The notes: generated from the letters alone by a model not told the origin. A stretch of DNA of 64,000 nucleotides from Candidatus Poseidoniales archaeon (GCA_038106355.1 JAYODQ010000006.1:6628-70627); one strand, 5' to 3'; numbered from the stretch's first letter, positions 30,284-41,500 are shown. Program-made: numbers and translations.

Positions 30284-31113
30284 TCTCCCATTTCATATGA
30301 AATAGTTGGTCGTCGAGGGCGCCAAATCGCTCCGCTTACAAATCCAGCAACAAGTCCCCCAAACAGAAGATTTGGCCAATCTGATATTGCATAATCGTGC
30401 ATTCCTCGCAAGATGGGTATCAGAAAGGATGGTAGAATGCCAAAGAGGGAAATCCAAAATATTTCTGATCGTAATGTTGCACTGAAGTCAGCATTTTTTG
30501 GTACCACCCTTGGTGTTTCTGTTCTTCGGGGAGATAAAACAATGCGTGCAATGACATGCGGCAAATTTCTATCAATTGGAACAGAGGTCAGGGCAGTAAT
30601 ACCCTTTTGTTTTGGGTGAACTGCGATGGCAGCAACTTGTGCAGCAGCAGGGCCAATTAGCGTGTTTGGCCGAGGTCTCCCGTCCATCATTGCACCTCGA
30701 TTTCCCATGAGAGGTGCATCGGACAGTAACTCCGTGGTTCCGGGGCTTGTCATGATGTTTTCTTGTTCATAAGCACATTGCCATTCTGATAAAGTAGGTA
30801 ATCGGATTTCTAATTGCTCCTGTTCGATAAATTCTGCAACTTGTTTTATTTGACTGAACACTTCAATGATTTCACGAGTTTCAATAAAATTGAGAGCATC
30901 ATAATCCCCATGTGCATCATCGGCCATCGTTCCGAAGAGCGTTCCAAGATGGTGGTGTTGAATGGGCGATTCAAGAATGAAGTACGATGGAAGCCTTACC
31001 TCGTACCGAGGACGCTGATTGGCATACATCCACCCTCCCTTGTCCGTCCCGATATAGCATGACTGAGCTTCAATTTTAACGAATGTAAAATCCAAAAAAT
31101 TGAGATGTTCCAC
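30265..31113 (-). CDS. Formylglycine-generating-enzyme (SUMF1)-like domain protein with C-terminal TM pair
   Basis: YIGT...QRPRYEVRLPSYFI, IRLPTLSEWQCA; two hydrophobic C-terminal helices. Confidence 0.6.
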   Translation of the reverse strand: MEHLNFLDFTFVKIEAQSCYIGTDKGGWMYANQRPRYEVRLPSYFILESPIQHHHLGTLFGTMADDAHGDYDALNFIETREIIEVFSQIKQVAEFIEQEQLEIRLPTLSEWQCAYEQENIMTSPGTTELLSDAPLMGNRGAMMDGRPRPNTLIGPAAAQVAAIAVHPKQKGITALTSVPIDRNLPHVIARIVLSPRRTETPRVVPKNADFSATLRSEIFWISLFGILPSFLIPILRGMHDYAISDWPNLLFGGLVAGFVSGAIWRPRRPTISYEMGDYSGEN

Positions 31114-31122
31114 GATGATTCC

Positions 31123-31815
31123 TCATGAAACTAAATCCATCATCCGTGTATACCAAGTCATTCCTAACTCATGACTTGTGAGAAGGGAAAATTGCTTGAA
31201 CGGAGAGATTGACCGCATGTATCCAAATGCCGCAAAATCGACTAAATCAGGTGCTGAGCCTCCAAAAAAAGGCTGCTCGCCAAATTCAGATGTGAATTCA
31301 TCGAGTAGGTCATGCCAAAGTTTCTGAGGACTTCTGCCATCTTTTTTGACCCGAGAACGTGCAATAATGCCCCACATGATGGGAAATCCTAACCATGCAT
31401 ACATTCTTCGTGAAACGAAGCCAAATTTTTCTTCTTTGGACACCCTTCTGGTTGTGCTTAACGCAGAAAAAAATCCACCGTAGAGGATAGGAATCGTCGC
31501 TTTGGATAATTTTGAATCGCACCATTCAAGCCATTCATCCTGTCGAACTTGATCTGAACTTGAACGTAATGAACCTCCATTAAAAACATCGTCCAAATGT
31601 TTCATAATTGGTGTTGAGTCAACAACATGCTTTCCATTTGCATCTGTGAATACTGGCACTTTGTTCCAATCTTCTACAAACTTCAATTCTTTTTTTGCAC
31701 GGAGCCCATTAATCCCATGATACTTGATATCGAGTTTGAGATACTCAATCATACCTCGAACCTTCCAACAAAAAGGGCAGGTGTACAGTAAGTGCAGGGT
31801 TCCATCGTTGCCCAT
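31123..31815 (-). CDS. Glutaredoxin/GST-fold protein, prostaglandin E synthase 2 (mPGES-2)-like
   Basis: YTCPFCWKVR, KVPV, VDSTPI, WLEWCD, PFFGGSAPDLVDFAAFG. Confidence 0.82.
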   Translation of the reverse strand: MGNDGTLHLLYTCPFCWKVRGMIEYLKLDIKYHGINGLRAKKELKFVEDWNKVPVFTDANGKHVVDSTPIMKHLDDVFNGGSLRSSSDQVRQDEWLEWCDSKLSKATIPILYGGFFSALSTTRRVSKEEKFGFVSRRMYAWLGFPIMWGIIARSRVKKDGRSPQKLWHDLLDEFTSEFGEQPFFGGSAPDLVDFAAFGYMRSISPFKQFSLLTSHELGMTWYTRMMDLVS

Positions 31816-31849
31816 ATGGTTGCCAAGAATTGTCCCTTCTTAAGCCTCA

Positions 31850-32182
31850 TCAATTTGTTTCATCTTCACTAATTTTCCAACCAGGTTTCCAAAATTCAAG
31901 ATTGTCCAACCAGTGTAACCATTCACTATCGTTGCAAGAAAGGAGCACTTGTGCTCTAGATTCTAAACCACGGAGATTGACTTTTGTTAAGGTCCCATCA
32001 TCATGAGAGTCTTTCCACTCTGACCGCAAAAGCTCAATTTGTCGACGACCCTCAACTGGTTGTTCATAATGATGCTCACAAGATTCACGAAGTTCAGCCA
32101 ACCAATTCGCGTAGGTTTTGAGAATAGGGTCGTTGGAGAGGTTGTGTTTTTTCGTCCAGAACCTCCACCGCATGAGTGTCAA
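31850..32182 (-). CDS. Hypothetical Trp-rich protein
   Basis: 110-aa ORF filling the gap between the GST-like gene and rlmH; natural-looking composition. Confidence 0.65.
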   Translation of the reverse strand: MTLMRWRFWTKKHNLSNDPILKTYANWLAELRESCEHHYEQPVEGRRQIELLRSEWKDSHDDGTLTKVNLRGLESRAQVLLSCNDSEWLHWLDNLEFWKPGWKISEDETN

Positions 32183-32251
32183 TCATTCATCCACTCATTT
32201 GAGTATTTTGTTCATCAAAGCAAGTATCAACAAGTTCGTCATCGCGAGAAC

Positions 32252-32683
32252 ATGGGCCGAATTGTTCTTCATCATCACGGCCGACTGAAGGAGAAATCAA
32301 TTGTTGCACTTTATGCAGTGTATGAACAGAGATTGAAAGCACGAAGCATTAAGATTGAATTCCATTCAGAAAAGTTAGAAATTCAAGATTACTATGCTCA
32401 TCTTTCTACTCTTGATGGAAAGAAATTCTTCCTCGACGAACATGGGGAATTCAAATCGTCATTGGAATTTGCCGAAATGGTCAAACTTTCAACCCTTGAA
32501 TCTGAACATATCCATTTTTGCATTGGGCCATTTGACGGATGGCAAGGTGTCTTATCCAAGAGCGATATGAAATTGTCATTATCTCCAATGACATTAACAC
32601 ATGAATTTACAGCAGTCCTACTCTTGGAACAAATATATCGGGCATTTGAAATTCTTCGAGGATCAAATTATCACAAAGAATAG
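32252..32683 (+). CDS. rlmH: 23S rRNA (pseudouridine1915-N3)-methyltransferase, SPOUT family
   Basis: FLDEHG...SSLEFA, FCIGPFDG, LSLSPMTLTHE...LLEQIYRAFEILRGSNYHK; start set at ATG 32252. Confidence 0.88.
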   Translation: MGRIVLHHHGRLKEKSIVALYAVYEQRLKARSIKIEFHSEKLEIQDYYAHLSTLDGKKFFLDEHGEFKSSLEFAEMVKLSTLESEHIHFCIGPFDGWQGVLSKSDMKLSLSPMTLTHEFTAVLLLEQIYRAFEILRGSNYHKE

Positions 32684-32715
32684 GAAAACCAATGGATAAA
32701 GAATGAACCTACGAA

Positions 32716-33486
32716 ATGAGGAGGAATGACATGCTCATCGAATCATTCGCGAATAAAAATGTGCTTTATGTCATTGTAGGTTCCATAGCCTTAATTCTTA
32801 CAATGTGGAGTCGCCATCAGCCTTTTCCTACGATTTCAAAGCGGCTTGGGATGATTACTTTCGGCTTTCTTGGTTTACTCTTGCTATCCGAAACTGCACC
32901 TCGGCCCATGAGATTAGAAGCAGTTCTCCTCACAATGTTTGTTTTTTCTGGCCTTGGTCTTTGGGTTGGCATGTATCATCTCATGAAAACAAGACGAGAT
33001 GTCATTATTGCGCCAATGTTTGGTTTCATTTTTTGTATTTCAAGCACTGGATTGGTGGTGAATCTTTGGGATCAGTTAGAATCCTTGGAGCATTGGGTTG
33101 GATTCATCACCCTTGGTGCATTGTATTCAGGACAGACATGGTTGGTTTTTCGAGGTCTGTTAATTGGACGACTCCCTTTGGCTTGGAGTCAGGCAGGATT
33201 TATTGCCCTCTCACGAGGCCAATTGTACGGTACTCACGGAGCGATTGAATGCTTCGAAAAGGCTTGGGATGCTGAAGAAGAACATCTCAATCCAATGGCG
33301 TATTTTGCCCTTATGAGCATCCATAAATTTCTCAACAACACCGATGAGATGAATCGGTGGAGCGACTTGCTCATCCTCTCAGGTGGCATGGATGCCATCG
33401 ATGAACAATGGATTCAAGCGGTCCGGAAACATATCGTTGTGTTAACCAAAGATTCATTGGGTGACGTACATGATAGTGAAGAATGA
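32716..33486 (+). CDS. Multi-pass membrane protein with C-terminal TPR-like helices
   Basis: About five TM segments, then AWSQAG...AIECFEKAW...AYFAL. Confidence 0.7.
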   Translation: MRRNDMLIESFANKNVLYVIVGSIALILTMWSRHQPFPTISKRLGMITFGFLGLLLLSETAPRPMRLEAVLLTMFVFSGLGLWVGMYHLMKTRRDVIIAPMFGFIFCISSTGLVVNLWDQLESLEHWVGFITLGALYSGQTWLVFRGLLIGRLPLAWSQAGFIALSRGQLYGTHGAIECFEKAWDAEEEHLNPMAYFALMSIHKFLNNTDEMNRWSDLLILSGGMDAIDEQWIQAVRKHIVVLTKDSLGDVHDSEE

Positions 33487-33543
33487 TTGGAATTTGAGTC
33501 AAAGAATACAAGATTTAATAATCTTCAAGGTCGATATACAACC

Positions 33544-33828
33544 ATGAACAAAACGCTTCGGCACGAAGATTGGTCTATTCAAACCATGATGTGGTATGCA
33601 GTTCTTATATGGTTTTCAGCAAGTTTGCTTTCACAATCACTGTACCTTGCATTCAATCGAGAACCATATGATGCGGTTGAACTCCTCCGAACACTTGGGC
33701 CGATTTATTACTTGATTTTCTTTATTGAAATCGTAATGTGGGTAACGCTCATTTTCCTTGGATATTCAAAGGTGAAGTCGTTAAAATCCAAAAAAACCAC
33801 GGAATTGGGGAATTCAATTGTAGTTTGA
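33544..33828 (+). CDS. Small two-TM membrane protein
   Basis: Two hydrophobic helices and a basic tail; ATG 33544. Confidence 0.65.
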   Translation: MNKTLRHEDWSIQTMMWYAVLIWFSASLLSQSLYLAFNREPYDAVELLRTLGPIYYLIFFIEIVMWVTLIFLGYSKVKSLKSKKTTELGNSIVV

Positions 33829-33915
33829 TGCGGTTGAATTTTTTGAATAAAAAAACGGTCATTTCCATACAAAATGAACCGATGAATTCAAAGGCTGTCA
33901 AAATTAAGAACTATC

Positions 33916-34398
33916 GTGAATTCAAAGAAAGATGAGCCTTTTCTCTCCGGAATTCCGATGGATGTGGAGCCCACTCATCTGGAACAGTTTTCGGAAGATT
34001 TGCCAAGACATGCACGTTTAGTGAGTCTTGATGAGGCGAGGAGTTCTTTAGACCAAGCATCGAGTACGATGTGTATTCTTCAATCTCTTAGTGAAGAAGC
34101 ACATGACCTTACCGACGAACTAGAGATTTTATTGGAACAATTGGACATCAACGATGAACATGTTGTTCAGGTAGCAGAACAGCTTGCTTGCTTAGTTTCA
34201 CAATGGCAAGGTTTGGTTGAAGAACTGGAACTGACTGGTGCAAGAATAGCCTCTCTCGACCTGGGCAGATTAGAATGGTACGGCATTGTCGATGGTACAT
34301 TAGCCATTTATTCTTGGATGATTGGTGAACATGATATTGAATGGTATCATGATGTACATTGCAGTTTTCAAACCCGAAAACCCCTCATAGAAGCATGA
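33916..34398 (+). CDS. DUF2203-like protein
   Basis: SLDEARSSL, helical middle, SLDLGRLEW...YSWMIGEHDIEWYH...RKPL. Confidence 0.7.
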   Translation: MNSKKDEPFLSGIPMDVEPTHLEQFSEDLPRHARLVSLDEARSSLDQASSTMCILQSLSEEAHDLTDELEILLEQLDINDEHVVQVAEQLACLVSQWQGLVEELELTGARIASLDLGRLEWYGIVDGTLAIYSWMIGEHDIEWYHDVHCSFQTRKPLIEA

Positions 34399-34420
34399 AT
34401 GCGGTAGACTTGGTGAGGCC

Positions 34421-35116
34421 ATGGTTCGAATAGACCGAGTTCATACTGGAGCAGGCGATGCAGGAGATACATCACTTGTTGATGGAACACGTACTGCAAA
34501 ATCAAATCCTCGAATACACATGGTCGGTACCCTCGACGAAGTGAATTCATGCATCGGCATTGTTTGTATGGAGACAAACAGGCTTGCCCATCATACTGAT
34601 GGGGGCGATAGCAGTTCAATTCAACGTGTCCAAAGTATTGCATTAGTCGCTTTACAACGGATTCAACATGAACTTTTTGACCTCGGTGCTGAATTGGGTT
34701 GCGACATCAATCACATTCCAGAATATTTGACATTATTGGATACAAACCATTCAAATGTTTTACTTCAAGAAATGGAAGCGTGGATAAAAGATACACCACC
34801 CTTGACAAGCTTCATTTTACCCGGTGGTAGTCCGCCCGCTACCTTTCTCCATCTTGCCCGGACGGTAACTCGACGCTTAGAACGAATTATGGTTCAATGT
34901 GAACGAGATATGCAAGGGTCAATCCGTCCAATTGTGCTTCAATATATCAATCGCTTGTCTGATTGGTTCTTTGTGCTTGGTAGATGGATCAGTTCGACGT
35001 TGGGTGATAACGAACCTCTATGGTTGCCATTAAATCAACGAGGTTCAGAGAAGGGAATTGTCGATATGTTATCTCAAATGAAGGCAAATGACGCCGATTT
35101 TGATGCCTTAGATTGA
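34421..35116 (+). CDS. PduO-type ATP:cob(I)alamin adenosyltransferase
   Basis: TGAGDAGDTSL, GTLDEVNSCIG, IQHELFDLGAEL, FILPGGS, LHLARTVTRRLER, YINRLSDWFF. Confidence 0.9.
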   Translation: MVRIDRVHTGAGDAGDTSLVDGTRTAKSNPRIHMVGTLDEVNSCIGIVCMETNRLAHHTDGGDSSSIQRVQSIALVALQRIQHELFDLGAELGCDINHIPEYLTLLDTNHSNVLLQEMEAWIKDTPPLTSFILPGGSPPATFLHLARTVTRRLERIMVQCERDMQGSIRPIVLQYINRLSDWFFVLGRWISSTLGDNEPLWLPLNQRGSEKGIVDMLSQMKANDADFDALD

Positions 35117-35554
35117 ATGTAAAAACTCCTTTGCGGCCCGTACTACTTCACGAGTTTCATCATGGGTGATTAATTGGAATGCACTGTCCCAGTCGAGCCA
35201 AATGTAGTCACGATGTTCGTGGGATAATGTGACACTCAATTCCTCTGTTTCTGCCAAGAACCAGTACACTTGCTTTATTCGTTCTTTACCCTTATAGGTG
35301 TAGGAGTACGATGTAGTTTTTTGGAAGCCTTCGTGGATTCGTATTTCCTCGATGCCAGTTTCCTCGTGCAGTTCTCTTTTCATGGTCTCCGCGTATGGCT
35401 CATCTTCCTCGACATGCCCCTTTGGCAGGTCCCAGTGACCTTGTGGATACTGCAAGAGCAGAACCGTTCCAAAATTCACCAGGACAACACCGCATGATGT
35501 CTCCATACATTTCGGACCGTCTTCCACTTCATTGAATTGACGGGTCCATGTCAT
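35108..35554 (-). CDS. NUDIX hydrolase (Ap4A hydrolase-like)
   Basis: HWDLPKGHVEEDE...RELHEETG Nudix box; LSHEH. Confidence 0.88.
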   Translation of the reverse strand: MTWTRQFNEVEDGPKCMETSCGVVLVNFGTVLLLQYPQGHWDLPKGHVEEDEPYAETMKRELHEETGIEEIRIHEGFQKTTSYSYTYKGKERIKQVYWFLAETEELSVTLSHEHRDYIWLDWDSAFQLITHDETREVVRAAKEFLHSI

Positions 35555-35558
35555 CGGG

Positions 35559-37859
35559 TTAAATCGTCTTTTTTCGTTGGAAAATCTGTGGCGACCACCA
35601 GTTAAATTTGCCCATCAATCGCATGGTGGATGGGACAACCAAAGCCCGAACCAAGGTGGCATCGATAAGAATGGCGAGGGCCAATCCTAAGCCAATTTGT
35701 TTCAAAATGATAACCGATGACAAGCCGAAGGCGCTAAACACCACGACCATGATGGCTGCAGCACCGGTGATGAGGCCACCCGTCTTCTGCAGTCCGTTGG
35801 CCACGGCGAGCGTGTTATCGCCAGTTCGTTCCCATTCTTCGTGAATACGAGACAACATCAGCACTTCGTAGTCCATAGAAAGTCCAAACACAATGCAGAA
35901 CATGATGACGGGGTTGCCTGAATCGATGGGCTGTGCGGTGAAATTGAGGAGGCTTTCTCCGTACCCCCACTGGAATACCCACACCAGCATGCCGAACGAA
36001 GCCGAGATGGACAAGATGTTCATGGCGATGGCCTTGATTGGGATGATGACAGAACGAACTTGGAGAAAAATCAACAGAATGGTAGCGATGAGGATGAAGG
36101 CCAGAGCCCGCGGAAGATTGTCAGCGATGGCGTCAAGATTGTCTGCATTGTAGGCTGCAAAACCAGCAACCAACAAGCGGTCGTTCTCCCCATCTAATTC
36201 ATCGAGAAAACCGTCCCGATGTTCTCGGATGTTCTCAACCATCATTCTGGAATCAACGTTGGTTTGAGCCCCCACCAATTGAAGAGAAATCATGGTAGCG
36301 TTGTCACCCACCAAAGCTGAACGCAAACTTTCTCGCATAGCGATTTGTTCAGCAGGGAGGAATTCATCTGGCGTTTGCCAGAATTGCAGCACCTCGTCGA
36401 CGTTCATCGTGGGAGACGGCAACCCCACACCGATGCCTCCTGACGTTCTTGAATCGTTGAGTAGTTCGGTCATGTAAGCGTGCTGAACACGCAGGTTTGC
36501 TTCTGAAAGCGGGTCGGCTCCGTCGGTATCAATGACCAAGAAAATCGAGTTGGCTGCTTGGTCTGGCCAATGTTCATCGATGAGTTCCATACCTTGTCGG
36601 GATTCGTCATCGGGTGGCAGGGCTTTCCACGAAGAGAGGGAAAATTCAGCGTAGGCAAACGGCAATCCAGCGCCGATCAACAACACCAATGTAGGAATGA
36701 GAACAGTCCAAGGCCGGTCCATGACTCGCTTGGCGATGCGAGCCCACATGCCATCGTCTTTGGCCGACATGTCAAACGCATAGGGAATCGTTCCTTTGTT
36801 GACTCGAGGGCCCAGCCAAGCCAGTACCGCAGGCAGGACGATGGTGGAATAGACCATGGCAATAGAAACGGCAATCGTCCCCCCAATGCCGAGTGATGGC
36901 AGCGAAGTGTTGGTAAAAAAGAGCATCCCCATGAGGCCGATAGCGACAGTGATGCCGGAATAAAAGACCGCTTTTCCAGCGGTAGCACAACTCATTGCCG
37001 TGGCGGTCCGAACATCGAGACCACGTTCTAATTCTTCTCTGAATCGATTGACAAGGAACAAGGAATAATCAATGGACACCCCGATGCCGATGAGTGAAAC
37101 GATGTTCGTGGCATAAACGGTCACCTCGGTAACGTTTGAGAGCCATATGGTCATTCCCACTGCAGCGAGAAGTGTTCCTCCACCAATGCCCATTGGAAGG
37201 ATTGCGGCAATGAGTGAACCAAAGATAAGTCCCAAAATGATGAGTGTCAGCGGAATAGCAACGAGTTCGGCTTTGACGAGGTCATTTTTGATTCGGTCGT
37301 CAAAGGTCCAATCAATCGCAATCCCATCAGTCTGCCATCCTTCAAATCCGCTTGCGATTTCAATCGAATCGTGGTGTTCATCCATAATGGCTTTTGCCTC
37401 TTTTCGGCTAGTGGCGAAGTTGACGGTATTGATGGCGTAATTGCCGTCGTCACTGTTGACGAACACATCATCTCTGTCAACATCTTCTGCATCCCAAGAA
37501 TAGTCAATCGTTACGAGAGGGTTAGATGCAAACGGTTCCAAAGCAGCAATTACAGCTTCTTGCCATGCATCAGTGGTGTCGTTCAATGTGGGATGGTAGA
37601 CAAGGTATCTGAGTGTTTGTCCTCCGTTATCATCGTCGGTCCCGAACCGCTCAGAGATGAGTCGTCCCGCATTGACAGACTCTACGTCGTCTTCACCGAA
37701 TCCTTCTGCCCAATCTGCCCCAATGGAGATGAGTCCACCCATGAGCATACATGAAACGAGGCCAAAGGCTATCATCATCTTCCGATGGTCGTGAATGAAC
37801 AAGCCTAGTCGAAATGAGACACGGTTTTTGATGGCTTCAGGGTCGGTTGCACCTTCCAT
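35559..37859 (-). CDS. MMPL/RND-family membrane transporter
   Basis: Two MMPL halves: IGIGVSIDYSLFLVNRFREEL, TAGKAVFYSG; FGLSMDYEVLMLSRIHEE, TGGLITGAAAIM, DATLVRALVVP. Confidence 0.9.
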   Translation of the reverse strand: MEGATDPEAIKNRVSFRLGLFIHDHRKMMIAFGLVSCMLMGGLISIGADWAEGFGEDDVESVNAGRLISERFGTDDDNGGQTLRYLVYHPTLNDTTDAWQEAVIAALEPFASNPLVTIDYSWDAEDVDRDDVFVNSDDGNYAINTVNFATSRKEAKAIMDEHHDSIEIASGFEGWQTDGIAIDWTFDDRIKNDLVKAELVAIPLTLIILGLIFGSLIAAILPMGIGGGTLLAAVGMTIWLSNVTEVTVYATNIVSLIGIGVSIDYSLFLVNRFREELERGLDVRTATAMSCATAGKAVFYSGITVAIGLMGMLFFTNTSLPSLGIGGTIAVSIAMVYSTIVLPAVLAWLGPRVNKGTIPYAFDMSAKDDGMWARIAKRVMDRPWTVLIPTLVLLIGAGLPFAYAEFSLSSWKALPPDDESRQGMELIDEHWPDQAANSIFLVIDTDGADPLSEANLRVQHAYMTELLNDSRTSGGIGVGLPSPTMNVDEVLQFWQTPDEFLPAEQIAMRESLRSALVGDNATMISLQLVGAQTNVDSRMMVENIREHRDGFLDELDGENDRLLVAGFAAYNADNLDAIADNLPRALAFILIATILLIFLQVRSVIIPIKAIAMNILSISASFGMLVWVFQWGYGESLLNFTAQPIDSGNPVIMFCIVFGLSMDYEVLMLSRIHEEWERTGDNTLAVANGLQKTGGLITGAAAIMVVVFSAFGLSSVIILKQIGLGLALAILIDATLVRALVVPSTMRLMGKFNWWSPQIFQRKKTI

Positions 37860-37910
37860 AAACGAATGGGCAAATCATGAGTTTATCAAAAAGTGCATTT
37901 CACCTCATGA

Positions 37911-38390
37911 TTATAATACTTCAAAAATATACAAAAAACCTAGGAAGGCGTGAATAAAAACGAGAATCATGACCAAATCCGAGGCCCGGCCGTGTTGCTT
38001 TTTTGGAAGAGCAAACGATTCTCCTTTTTCTTTCAATTCAGCCGCTCGTCGGCCAAATCGCACCATGTAATACAGCAAAAAGAGCCCAATTGGACCCGAA
38101 AAACCATGGAGGCTCGATGGAATAAGACTTGCCAAAATACTTTCATTGTGGATATATGCATGTATCGCCCGAGCGATGAATGCGAGTAAGACAACTGCTA
38201 TTGCGGAAGAGAGTAATAGTTCCCCAAACTTTTGATGTTGGGCTACATGTGTAACCCGCGTTTCACCTTTGTACTGCAATTGTCTCGTTTTCCATGAATA
38301 TTGCCACCACATTGCAGTAATGAGCACAATGGCGAAAATTGGATGAAGAAGCAAGACAATGGTCGAGAACATATCCATCTGATTCACCAT
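37911..38390 (-). CDS. DUF4079 / cytochrome b561-like four-TM protein
   Basis: Four TM segments with His at helix positions (LLHP, HQKFG, LHGFSG, QHG...IHAFLG). Confidence 0.6.
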   Translation of the reverse strand: MVNQMDMFSTIVLLLHPIFAIVLITAMWWQYSWKTRQLQYKGETRVTHVAQHQKFGELLLSSAIAVVLLAFIARAIHAYIHNESILASLIPSSLHGFSGPIGLFLLYYMVRFGRRAAELKEKGESFALPKKQHGRASDLVMILVFIHAFLGFLYIFEVL

Positions 38391-38503
38391 GACTATGGCT
38401 CTTTCCTATGTTGAGTTTGTGTTTGAAGAACACAGAAGTCAAACTTTCGTAGCGGTGGATTGAAAGCACATCGTACCCGCGTTTGCATTGTCGAGGTAAT
38501 CCT

Positions 38504-41500
38504 ATGATTGAACTTAGGATGGAACAATGCTTGAAGGAAGTATTGGGATATCCGAAGCAAAATAGGCTCAAATCCGCTGTCCGCTCTCCTTCGTGGGAAC
38601 TCATTGATAAGCCGCACAAAGGCATTCTTTCCTTTGCGATGAATGAAGAAGAAATACCAGCAGAGGATGAGGAAAAAAGTTCAACGTCTCAACCTATGAG
38701 GTCAAAGGGCCGAAGATTAAGGAACAAAAGTAGAGGGCTCACATCAGCAATATCACCGTTTGAATATTTGCCCGAATTAAATGAAATGAATCAATATGAT
38801 CTTTCTTCAGCTTCAACCCTTGCAATTTTGCTTATTCGAAAGCAGATGAAAGACCCACAATGGAACGATGATTTTGATGCTCTTGAACAGGTCATGAGAA
38901 ACGATTGTCTTGAGAAAGGCGTTCATCCGGTTTGGCATATGGTTGCAGAAAAAACAAATTATCTCACTCAATTCCTGGCATTTTCAAAAGTTAGGCCAAA
39001 ATCAGAAACATCGACGATACCTTTTGATGTTACCAAAGTAGCAATCAATCCGACGAAATCCGCCCAAATCGTACATTTGTTATCTCACGCCTTGGCGACA
39101 ACAATAGATGCAAATTTGCAAGTTGCAATGAATCGATTAATTGGACAACTGCAATCTCCTTCTGGTCAAGCAGGTAAAGTTGAACATGAATTACTTGATA
39201 TGATTGGGGACCACAAATATTTGAGCATCGTGTTGAAATTTTTCATTCAACAACCCCTCAATGAATTGGACATTGAGTTTCTTCAAAATTCTCAAATCGA
39301 AGTCGCTGCACTTCTACATTTGTATCATCAATTCCAACTCAAAAATTACGCATCGTGGAAGACTGTCATCGAACTGAAAGGCGCGAATGAACTCGAGATG
39401 ATTCTTCTCGAAACACTTTGGATGAATATCCCCGATGAGGCATCTGAACTTTCTTCAGATGAACTTGAAAAGGGGATTGAACGAATTTTAAACATAACAA
39501 ATTCCAAAACCCAGATTGAAAAAATAAAATGGTGGAAAATGAGTGCATTGCAAAAAGAAGGAGCAGGCAGCATAGCATTAGAAGTGCTTCAGGATGTATC
39601 GATGAGCTCTTCGACCGATATCGACGCATTGTTGAAATTCCTCACCATGTTTCCCCAAAAAGACACTTCATCTTGGCTTGAAAAATATTTAGATGTGATC
39701 GATATTGATGGATTGAGTGCAATTCTCATTTCAAACCATTACGAAGGCGAATTACAACTACGTATCGCCCAGAAAATATTCGACACGCATGGTTTAGATG
39801 TTGAACAAGAACGAAGTTTTCTCCTGAAAGCGTTTGTGTGTGGCTTGGATTTTGAACGCTTAGTTCTCTTGTTCAGTTTGGACCCTGTGCTCAGTATGTC
39901 CTACCCTTATGATGCGTTATTTTGCTTTCATGCTACACCATCAGGACTGTCAGCAAACGATGAAAAAAAGTTCAATGAATTGAGATTTCATTCTATTCAA
40001 AGTTTAAACGACTCGCAAAGGCCCGATTATTTGTCAGATGCAACCGAAGAACTCCTTCTCCTTATGGAAGGAATCCAAAGTGAATCCAACGCCTTAATGA
40101 AAACCTTGGGTAATAAGACATACATCGATTTTTTACCAATCATCAACGCTCTTCATCACGGTATTGCAGAAGTCAACATCCAACAACACAGACTCGAAGC
40201 CGTAAAACTAAGGGTCGATAACATCGATAATTTATCAAACATTGAACGCCATTTATTCAACGTATTGTTTGCCACCATTTCTGTGAACAATATTCGCCAA
40301 GCATTTCACAATCGAATGGAGGATCATGAGCAACGAAAGACATTGTCAAGTATCGTCAAAGAACCTTTTTTCACGCTGACTATATTACATACCATTCATG
40401 AACTTGTGTTGGATTATGATTTAGGCATTCCTGAATTGGTCGAGTGGTATCAACGTTGGAGTCCATCTTCTCCGTGGCAAACTCTCTCCCGAGCAGCCAA
40501 TCATGTCGCACGAAATGAGCAACTCAATGCAGCGAGAGAATACAAACGAATTGCAGATCAAATCCATCAGGTTCGAATCCAATCAGATAAAGGGAAACAG
40601 AGTGAAGAAGAAGTGAGTTATTACATAGAGCAAGGAGTTTTTGGCATAGAACAAGAAATTGCGTTGTACAGAAAGGCACTTATCCATTACGCCCATGCTG
40701 AACATTGGTCCGAGGCTTTGGAATTACTCGAAAAGAATGCATCTTTAAAATCGGCCCTCACAAAACGATTCCAACTCTATCTAAATGTGTCTGATTTAGC
40801 CAGTCGTCAACAATCTGGACCAGCAACTCGTCGCATTTTGGACCATGTTCATAAGAAGCAAGATGCGAAAAATGAACACGATGAAGGTCATCGACATCGG
40901 GACACATACGATGAAGAAGAACTTGAAATCTTGCGAAGTTACACAACCAGTCACGCGGTTCATTTGCCAGGAAAACCGTTCAATGGTCGGGTGATAGCAG
41001 CCCACACCGAATTGTCACGAAATTTGTCGAGAAATCGAGATGAATTTGAACGAAGGTACCAAACACTTGCCAAGGAAAAGAAATTGGATACGATGGCTGT
41101 CTATCAACTTGCGAAGGATGCAAGTCAGGAGAGTCCTCTTACTGGATTAAAAATTCTTGAGAGAGCCCAACATCAATCCAATATCACATCAAAGCAACGC
41201 GATAGTTTGCAGGCAGCTGAGTTGAATTTATTCAAATCACATGAGTCTGAAATTGCGCTCAAACACAGAAGTCAGTTACGCCAATTAAATTTGAAGCCTC
41301 TTGTTATCGTCGATACCAACATCCTTGTCAACGCGCTCATTGAAGAGGTGTACGCCCATCTAGGCATTATTATCGGTCATCAACGTTCCTCAATGAACCA
41401 AAGTGATTCGCTTGGAGATGTTCTGCCCAATTCTGGGCTTGGTGATTTTTTCAGATTTTTGAAAAATCAAGCGGATTCGGGTAAAATTTTCCTCCATGTG

